Source: Lachnospiraceae bacterium
GTDB taxonomy: Bacteria > Bacillota > Clostridia > Lachnospirales > Lachnospiraceae
Assembly: GCA_017472605.1 (NCBI GenBank)
Contig: JAFUPV010000012.1
Span: 470 to 64,469, forward strand
Direction: 5' to 3'
Length of the DNA: 64,000 bases
Part shown: one piece after another, positions 57,300-64,000 of the stretch
Position numbering within the stretch: position 1 is the first letter of the stretch
How the letters are laid out: each line of letters opens with the position of its first letter
The notes under the pieces: generated by a model
What the model saw: only the letters and a program-made list of their open reading frames with translations
The model's database searches: none
What the model was told of the DNA's origin: nothing
Program-made: the position numbers and the translations under genes

Positions 57300-59117
57300 A
57301 TGAAAAAAAGACTCTTACCGTTACAGCAGCAGCTTCTCTTTTTACTTTGCATGTTTGTCGTTTTCATTTTTTCCATTATCATCTGGAGCGTCAATGACTA
57401 CATGACCATCCAGCGCGAAAGCATGGACAGCTATCTTGAACTCTATTCCAGTCACATGGCGCAGACTGCCCGCCAGTCCTATACTTCCTACGAAAACATC
57501 GCCTACAGTGTCGCCTACAATACGCTGGTTCAGGATTACATTCAGGAAGAGGACTCCGCCAGGCGCTATGATTCCTACAAAAAAGTCTATAATCTTCTGA
57601 ACAATACAGCGAAGCTGAATTCAAATCTGACAGATATCGCCGTGATCAGCAATGACGGAAACTCCATCTCGCTGACTGCCTCACCGGACCTCTACAGCGG
57701 ATATAAAGAAACGCTTTCTGCGCCCAGCTATGCCTTTCAGTCCATGGGCACGCTGACAATCCGGGATTCTGTCTGCCACATTCTGTCCATGCCTGTCCAC
57801 CAGCTGAACACGACCGGTCAGCACCGCTATCTGGGCACTGTCTTTCTTGCAATAAACAGCCAGCGGCTTTTCAGCAGCGATCTGACCCCGGAGCAGGGAA
57901 CCATGCCGGAAGTTCTTCTGATTGATGAGTATGGCCAGCTGATCCACGGCAACGAGGCGCTGTTTGCCGAACTCCCTCAGGATATCACCAGCACCTCAAA
58001 AGCAGTAAAGATCGACCGGAAAACCTACATGGCGCGCATGTACACCATATCCGAGGCAGGCAGCCGTCTTTACATCCTCTATGACAGTTCCCTGTATACC
58101 GGTGCATCCTTTGAGGTTACCCTGCGCATGTCCATCGGCATCGGCGCAGCAATGCTTCTGATTCTTCTGACGTTTATCATTGTCTGCTTCCCTGTTTCCC
58201 ATTCCCTGCGTCAGCTGACCCATGTCATGCGGGATATCACAGACGGCGAGCAGAAAACAATCCGGGAAGGCGTTGACCTGACCAATGTCCGCTTCGGCTG
58301 CTCCGAAATCCGCGACATCTACAGCGCATTTAATGACATGCTCCAGGAAATCAACCACCTGAACCATACGATTTTCAACACCTACACCCAGATGTATGAG
58401 CTGGAGATGAATAACCGCCAGACGGAGATTGACTTCCTGCGAAGCCAGATCAATCCCCATTTCCTCTACAATACACTGACAACAATCTGCGGCATGTCCG
58501 CCTCCGGTATGAACAGTCAGATCATTGACGTGACCAATGCCCTCTCGCGGATCTTCCGCTACAGCATTCAGGGCGGCGATATGGTGTCACTCTCGGAAGA
58601 GCTTGATATCATCCGCTCCTATCTGATGATTCAGTCCTATCGCTTTGAAGACCGTTTCGGCGTGGAGTACAGCATCAGCAATGAAGCGCTCCCCTGCCAG
58701 ATCCCCAAGATGATCATCCAGCCGCTGGTAGAAAACGCCATCGTCCATGGACTGGAGCCAAGTCTTAAGCGCGGAAAAATCATTATCAGCGCCTCTCTCA
58801 GCGCGGACAGAGACTATCTGACGATTTCTGTCATGGACACCGGTGTGGGCATGTCTGCCGAAAAGCTGCAGCTGCTTCGCGACACCGTTCTCAGCACAGA
58901 CCGTTACAAGCGCGGCAATGCAAAGGAAAATCTGCAGGCGCTTGACGCCAAGAGCCATGACAGCATTGGAATTCTGAACGTAAACAGCCGGATTGTTCTT
59001 TATTACGGCGAAGAATACACGCTGAAGCTGGACTCCTGGGCGGGAGCCGGAACGAACATTCAGATCCGAATTCCCTGCAAAAGACCGCTTTATCAGCAAT
59101 CAATTCGCCAGGAATGA
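57300..59117 (+). CDS. Sensor histidine kinase (YesM/LytS-like)
   Basis: Start MKKRLL with RBS GGAGG; LRSQINPHFLYNTL, IQPLVENAIVHG, DTGVG. Confidence 0.93.
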   Translation: MKKRLLPLQQQLLFLLCMFVVFIFSIIIWSVNDYMTIQRESMDSYLELYSSHMAQTARQSYTSYENIAYSVAYNTLVQDYIQEEDSARRYDSYKKVYNLLNNTAKLNSNLTDIAVISNDGNSISLTASPDLYSGYKETLSAPSYAFQSMGTLTIRDSVCHILSMPVHQLNTTGQHRYLGTVFLAINSQRLFSSDLTPEQGTMPEVLLIDEYGQLIHGNEALFAELPQDITSTSKAVKIDRKTYMARMYTISEAGSRLYILYDSSLYTGASFEVTLRMSIGIGAAMLLILLTFIIVCFPVSHSLRQLTHVMRDITDGEQKTIREGVDLTNVRFGCSEIRDIYSAFNDMLQEINHLNHTIFNTYTQMYELEMNNRQTEIDFLRSQINPHFLYNTLTTICGMSASGMNSQIIDVTNALSRIFRYSIQGGDMVSLSEELDIIRSYLMIQSYRFEDRFGVEYSISNEALPCQIPKMIIQPLVENAIVHGLEPSLKRGKIIISASLSADRDYLTISVMDTGVGMSAEKLQLLRDTVLSTDRYKRGNAKENLQALDAKSHDSIGILNVNSRIVLYYGEEYTLKLDSWAGAGTNIQIRIPCKRPLYQQSIRQE

Positions 59118-59145
59118 ATTCACCAGCAATCAATTCACCAGCAAT
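59101..59145. repeat. 3 x 15-bp tandem repeat spanning the kinase stop codon
   Basis: caattcgccaggaat / gaattcaccagcaat / caattcaccagcaat. Confidence 0.85.
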
Positions 59146-59161
59146 GAAAGGAGTTTGTCCC

Positions 59162-59935
59162 ATGTATCGGGCAATTATAATCGATGATGAAAAATGGGTG
59201 GTAAAAAGTCTGATCGCCACCCTGAAAGATATGGAGCATTTCCGAATTGAGGCCGAACTCTATGACGGTCTTTCCGCCATGCGCTATCTCAAAGAAAACC
59301 AGCCGGATCTTGCGTTTGTGGATGTACGTCTCCCCGGAATGGGAGGCCTGGAGATCCTGCAGGAGGCAAATTCCCTTGGGCTGAAAACCCTGTTTATCGT
59401 GATCAGCGGTCACGCCGAGTTTGCCTATGCCCAGAAAGCCATGCTCCACAATGCCATCGGCTACTGTCTCAAACCCTTTTCCCACAGCGAGCTTTCCGAT
59501 GCTGTGGAAAAGGCGCGGCAGCTTCTGGAAAAACGCAGACAGGCTGAGCCTTCTGTTTCCGCTTCGGATTCTTCTGCTGATTCCGGTCCAGCCGCTGTTA
59601 CGAAAAACAAGGCAGTGAACATGATGCTGGACTACATTCAGGGCCATTACATGGAGGATATCTCCATCCAGACGCTGGCCGACCTTTGTTCCATCAACCC
59701 CAACTATGCCGGGCAGCTGTTCAAGCAGAAGATGGACCAGACTTTTAACAGCTATCTGACCAACATGAGAATCCGGGAAGCGATCCGGCTGCTGACTGCC
59801 ACGGACATGCCCGTTGCTCTTGTCGCCGCTTCGGTCGGATATCAGGATTATTTCTACTTTGCCAAGGTGTTCAAAAAGATCACCGGTGCCACACCAAGCA
59901 GCTATCGGCAGGAAGAGGAACCGTTTTCCGGCTGA
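59162..59935 (+). CDS. Response regulator with AraC domain (YesN-like)
   Basis: IIIDDE, VDVRLPGMGG, YCLKP; NPNYAGQLFK...VGYQDYFYF. Confidence 0.93.
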   Translation: MYRAIIIDDEKWVVKSLIATLKDMEHFRIEAELYDGLSAMRYLKENQPDLAFVDVRLPGMGGLEILQEANSLGLKTLFIVISGHAEFAYAQKAMLHNAIGYCLKPFSHSELSDAVEKARQLLEKRRQAEPSVSASDSSADSGPAAVTKNKAVNMMLDYIQGHYMEDISIQTLADLCSINPNYAGQLFKQKMDQTFNSYLTNMRIREAIRLLTATDMPVALVAASVGYQDYFYFAKVFKKITGATPSSYRQEEEPFSG

Positions 59936-59954
59936 TATGCAGAAAGGAGTCACA

Positions 59955-61619
59955 ATGAAACATGTTTTGCCCCCAAACGCCGGACGCGGCAGCTTCCTTC
60001 GCCCGATAAAAGGATCCGCACTGCTTCTGTCCGCGGTACTGCTTCTTGGCGGATGTGCGGACCAGGTCAGTCAGCCGTCTTCGGACGCCGCTTCGGAACA
60101 GGAAACCATTGAGATCAGCATCGGATACTGGAATATCGACCGGATGGCTGATGTACAGAAGGATGCCATGCGTGACTATGTGGAAGAACGGTTTGCAATT
60201 TCCATCTCCCCGGTGTCTGTGGACTGGACGAACTACAAGGACTATTACCAGATGCTCAGTGCCACAAACAGTCTTCCCGACGTGTTCGCCACGCTGACCA
60301 TTTCCTCCAACGATGCCAATGACTCAGCCTACTATGAAAATCTGATTGAATCCGGAAGCATTCAGCCGCTGCCGGACGATCTTTCCGCCTATCCCAATCT
60401 GGAGCGGATGATGGAACAAATGGAATATACCCGCTACGAGGACGGTCATTTCTATGCGATTCCCCGCGTGTCTTTCATCGACCCGACTCTTGCATGTACC
60501 GATGCCGCATTGATCGTGCGCCGGGACTGGATGGAGAATCTTGGTCTGGACGATCCGCAGAATCTGGACGAGTTTATTGAACTGATTGCCGCCTTTGCCA
60601 ACGATGATCCGGACGGCAACGGAATTGACGACACCATCGGCTATAACGTAAATGCGCAGAATGCTCTGGGCAAGTGGGTTATGCTTGGCATTGCCCCGGA
60701 ATGCAACACCTACTCCTGGATTGAGCGGGACGGGCTCTACATCCCATCCTGGTACAGCGAGGATTTTTATGATGTTGTCTGCGCCTACCGGACCATGTAT
60801 GAGACAGGCGGTCTGGACCCTGATTTCTACATAAAAAATCCCAATGAGGTGATTGAGGATTTTGCTTCCGGACGCCTTGGCGCCATTGAGTTTAAATCAG
60901 CGCCGTCCTCCTGCCAGCAGATTGAGGAGCAGTGGAATCTTTACAACACGGAGCCGTTTGAGGAGTGTGTCGACATCCTACCCATTTTCGCCGCACCGGA
61001 CGGGACAACCTACTGCAATTCCAGCACGCCGTTCTGGTCGGAATCCTTTATCTCTGCCGATGTGGATGAAGAGAAAATGCACCGCATTCTTTCACTTTTT
61101 GACTACCTGCTTTCCGATGAAGGAAATGTCATGAGCAAATATGGTCTGGAGGATGTGGATTACCGTGTGGACAAAGACGGAACCTATACCTGCCTTCTGG
61201 ATACGGAAAATACGTCTCTGCTGGATCTTCTGGAGAAGAAATATCCGTCCATTACCCTGTTTGGCGGCCTTGCCACCTGGGGCGGTTCCGATACCGACTT
61301 TGAGCTGAATGAGATGAATTTTGCCCGTTACGGAAAGCATTGTGTCGTTCTTGGCAACAAGGACGTTACATGGAACCGCGCCAACGCGACGCCGGTTGAA
61401 CGCCCCTATGATTTTCTGATTTTCCCCAAGGAATCCTCGGAGCTGTTCAGCACAGCCAATGCCTTTTCTGAATTTGTGAAATGCATCATCGGTGATGGGG
61501 ATCCGGAAACGATGTGGAAGGAAGCAATTCAGAATCTGAAGGATCAGGGACTGGATAACTATATCCAGAGGCAGAATGATGCCTATCTTGCCTCCCTGGG
61601 AAACGACCGTGAGAACTGA
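59955..61619 (+). CDS. Solute-binding lipoprotein with no adjacent permease
   Basis: RBS AAGGAG; lipobox LGGC; LIVRRDWMENLGL, AFANDDPDGNG. Confidence 0.85.
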   Translation: MKHVLPPNAGRGSFLRPIKGSALLLSAVLLLGGCADQVSQPSSDAASEQETIEISIGYWNIDRMADVQKDAMRDYVEERFAISISPVSVDWTNYKDYYQMLSATNSLPDVFATLTISSNDANDSAYYENLIESGSIQPLPDDLSAYPNLERMMEQMEYTRYEDGHFYAIPRVSFIDPTLACTDAALIVRRDWMENLGLDDPQNLDEFIELIAAFANDDPDGNGIDDTIGYNVNAQNALGKWVMLGIAPECNTYSWIERDGLYIPSWYSEDFYDVVCAYRTMYETGGLDPDFYIKNPNEVIEDFASGRLGAIEFKSAPSSCQQIEEQWNLYNTEPFEECVDILPIFAAPDGTTYCNSSTPFWSESFISADVDEEKMHRILSLFDYLLSDEGNVMSKYGLEDVDYRVDKDGTYTCLLDTENTSLLDLLEKKYPSITLFGGLATWGGSDTDFELNEMNFARYGKHCVVLGNKDVTWNRANATPVERPYDFLIFPKESSELFSTANAFSEFVKCIIGDGDPETMWKEAIQNLKDQGLDNYIQRQNDAYLASLGNDREN

Positions 61620-61620
61620 C

Positions 61621-61660
61621 TCTGACCAAACATGTCACTGGCGCATTTGTCTGAGTGTAT
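61621..61660 (+). repeat. REP-like palindromic element, degenerate copy 3
   Basis: TCTGACCAAACATGTCACTGGCGCATTTGTCTGAGTGTAT; 31/40 identical to 16504-16543, all nine differences are transitions. Confidence 0.65.
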
Positions 61661-61703
61661 TTAATGAAAAGAAACACGCTGCGCGATTGAAAGGAGATAT
61701 ACC

Positions 61704-63095
61704 ATGCATGGAATTACACTCTTATCCGCTCCCGCCGACTGGGAAATTATCCAGCAGGAAAACGGCTTTGGAACGGCTACTTTAAAAGGAAGCTTTCAGG
61801 TTCATCCGGCGGCGATTAACGTCGGTGTGGAGAAGGTTACACCGCTCTATCGTGTGATGAACGAACAGGACAACACGGCTGTGATTCCCTGGACACCGCT
61901 GAAGTTCCAGGCGAATCCGGATTTTACCGGTACATTTGAGGACACGATTTCCATTCCTGCCGGCGGTCTCTACCGGATTGATACCAGCCTGGAAACAAAA
62001 AGTACGGTGCCAAACCTGACATGGCTTTACCGCGGCGACTGTGTGCTTCATCTGGGCGTAGGAAATGTTTTCCTCATCGCCGGACAGTCCAACTCCGCCG
62101 GCTATGGACGGGATTATGCCATGGATCCGCCCCATCTCTGCGTTCATCTGTTCCGTAACCGCAGCCGCTGGGACCTTGCCTGCCATCCCATGAATGAGAG
62201 CAGCTTTGCCGGTTCTCTTCCCAACGAGGAAATGGGAGTTCCGGGCGTTTCTCCTTACCTTTCCTTCGGCAAGAACTTCTATGAATTTTCCCATTGCCCG
62301 GTCGGCCTCGTCCAGGTCTCTCTCGGCGGCTCGCCCATGTCCCGGTGGCATCCCAGAACCGGCGACCTTTATGCGAACATGATCGATAAGATCCGTCTGA
62401 CCGGAGGAAAATATGCCGGTGTTCTCTGGTATCAGGGCTGTTCGGACTGCAGTAAGGACGCTGCTGCCTCTTATCTGGAACATTTTTCAGAAATGGTTTC
62501 TGCGCTGCGAAAGGAACTGGGTTATGACATTCCGTTCTTTACGTTCCAGCTGAACCGTTTTCTTGACTGCAAAGATGATGTGTACTGGGGACAGGTCCGG
62601 GAAGCGCAGCGCGTTGCCGCCATGACGATTCCGGGCGTGTCCATCCTTCCTACGATTAATAATGCCATGTCTGACGGAATCCATAACAGTGCACACGCCA
62701 ATGTGATGCTTGGTGAAAAACTGGCCCGCCAGGCTGCCCACTATCTGCTTGGAACGGCTCCCTTTGAAGCGCCGTCCATCGCATCCGCCGTACTTGAGGA
62801 AGACGGCCGTGTCTGCCTCACCTTTGACAACATGGCGCTTGGCTTTGTCTATTCCTCCGGAAGTCCGGATGGAAACGGCTTCACACTGGAGGATGAAACC
62901 GGCGTGATCCCGTTTACTGCTTTCCAGGCTGCCCGGGAAGATAAGAACCGGATCTACCTGACGCCGCAGCGCGCACCGGGTGTCGGCGCAGTCATTTCCT
63001 TTGCGTGGGAGGCGGATCCGGTCCGGTTCCCGGTGACGGATGAAGTGACCTTCCTTCCGCCGCTTTCCTTTTACCGGTATCCGGTTACTCAGTAA
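61704..63095 (+). CDS. SASA-domain (sialate O-acetylesterase / CE6-like) carbohydrate esterase
   Basis: FLIAGQSN, GGSPM, LWYQGCSD and DGIH SGNH motifs. Confidence 0.85.
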   Translation: MHGITLLSAPADWEIIQQENGFGTATLKGSFQVHPAAINVGVEKVTPLYRVMNEQDNTAVIPWTPLKFQANPDFTGTFEDTISIPAGGLYRIDTSLETKSTVPNLTWLYRGDCVLHLGVGNVFLIAGQSNSAGYGRDYAMDPPHLCVHLFRNRSRWDLACHPMNESSFAGSLPNEEMGVPGVSPYLSFGKNFYEFSHCPVGLVQVSLGGSPMSRWHPRTGDLYANMIDKIRLTGGKYAGVLWYQGCSDCSKDAAASYLEHFSEMVSALRKELGYDIPFFTFQLNRFLDCKDDVYWGQVREAQRVAAMTIPGVSILPTINNAMSDGIHNSAHANVMLGEKLARQAAHYLLGTAPFEAPSIASAVLEEDGRVCLTFDNMALGFVYSSGSPDGNGFTLEDETGVIPFTAFQAAREDKNRIYLTPQRAPGVGAVISFAWEADPVRFPVTDEVTFLPPLSFYRYPVTQ

Positions 63096-63215
63096 TTTGC
63101 TTTGCAGCAAACCGGCTTCGCAGCAGACTGCGTTTTCCGGCAATTGATTTTTATGTAACTGCATTTTCTGTACAACAGGTATAAACCCGATTCTTAGCTA
63201 TATGGAGGTATTGTT

Positions 63216-64000
63216 ATGAGTGAAGAAGCGAATCAGAAAATTTCCCCCGACTGGTCATCCGTGAAGCAGGAGGTTCCCGAGTGGTTCCGTGACGCCAAGT
63301 TCGGTATGTTTTTCCACTGGGGTCCCTACAGTGTTCCCGCCTGCCAGAACGAATGGTATTCCCGAAACATGTACTGCCGCGGCCTCGCCCAGAATAAGTG
63401 GCATGAGGAGCACTATGGAAAACTCCACGATTTCGGTTATAAGGATTTTATCCCGATGATGAAGGGTGAAGGCTTTGATCCGGAGGAATGGGCCGATCTG
63501 GTAGTCCGCTCCGGTGCCAAATATGCCGGTCCCGTTACCGAGCATTCCGACAATTTCTCGCTCTGGGACAGTCAGGTAAACCCGATCAACAGTGTAAACT
63601 GCGGCCCTCACCGCGACGTCTATGGGGAATGCGCAAAGGCGTTCCGTGACCGCGGAATCAAACTGCTGGCTACCTTCCATCACCAGTGGCTGTGGGGCTG
63701 GTTCATGTCCACAGACAATGAAGCGGATGTCTATGATCCTGCCAATGAGATTTACTACGGCCCGGCGCTCCCGCTGGAGACCAACCGCTACATCCCCTAC
63801 CGCTACCCGGATGAGAAGTTCAACAATACCTGGCGCGATAAGGTAACGGAGGTCATTGACAAGTATAGTCCGGATGCTGTCTATTTTGACAGCCGCACCT
63901 GCATCATCGATGAAAAGCACCGCTTCCAGGTTGCCGATTACTATTACAATCAGACCGGTCACAGGGATGGAATCATTACCTATAAGCAGGAGGATTTCCC
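63216..64000 (+). CDS. GH29 alpha-L-fucosidase, 3' end runs off the window edge
   Basis: Not in the ORF track; translated by hand: RBS GGAGG, WFRDAKFGMFFHWGPYSVPA, EWYSRNMY, SGAKY...EHSDNF, PDAVYFD. Confidence 0.92.
   Translation, partial: MSEEANQKISPDWSSVKQEVPEWFRDAKFGMFFHWGPYSVPACQNEWYSRNMYCRGLAQNKWHEEHYGKLHDFGYKDFIPMMKGEGFDPEEWADLVVRSGAKYAGPVTEHSDNFSLWDSQVNPINSVNCGPHRDVYGECAKAFRDRGIKLLATFHHQWLWGWFMSTDNEADVYDPANEIYYGPALPLETNRYIPYRYPDEKFNNTWRDKVTEVIDKYSPDAVYFDSRTCIIDEKHRFQVADYYYNQTGHRDGIITYKQEDF

Noticed and set aside
4459-61619. N-terminal extensions in the ORF track (e.g. 6102, 18212, 23281, 45222, 55088, 57117, 59814)
   Set aside because: Downstream starts have clear RBS and family-typical N-termini
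261-63962. Many long antisense or overlapping ORFs (e.g. 4702-5766, 8721-10148, 12255-13676, 14630-16372, 40285-41961, 47797-49842, 53256-54995, 63255-63962)
   Set aside because: They are shadows of motif-supported genes on the opposite strand and have no recognisable motifs

Overview
Firmicute (Clostridia, Lachnospiraceae-like by gene content; inference) chromosomal window dominated by carbohydrate-utilisation loci. From left to right: (1) a truncated GH43 gene, a MATE transporter and a LacI-regulated malQ/GH13 pair (1-7.5 kb); (2) a two-component-regulated sugar ABC operon carrying a long GH105, an unknown 559-aa protein, MgtC, a metallophosphoesterase/TIM-barrel fusion and a domain-swapped GH3, plus a PHP phosphatase (7.5-24.2 kb); (3) an accessory region, visibly AT-rich from about 30.2 to 39.6 kb, with two partly duplicated modules of small secreted proteins plus ABC exporters, a deleted paralog, and a BlaI / M56 peptidase / small secreted protein operon (24.2-39.3 kb); (4) a rhamnose/galactose/fucose glycan cluster (GH78 x2, GH42 x2, GH106-like, ABC, two-component system, orphan solute-binding protein (SBP), SASA esterase, truncated GH29; 39.6-64 kb). 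I found no rRNA, tRNA, CRISPR, integrase or transposase. The best candidates for something undescribed are the BlaI/M56/secreted-protein/ABC region, the candidate new lyase coupled to GH105, and a ~43-bp palindromic repeat found three times, each just after an SBP-type gene. All family calls come from motif recognition by eye, not database searches.
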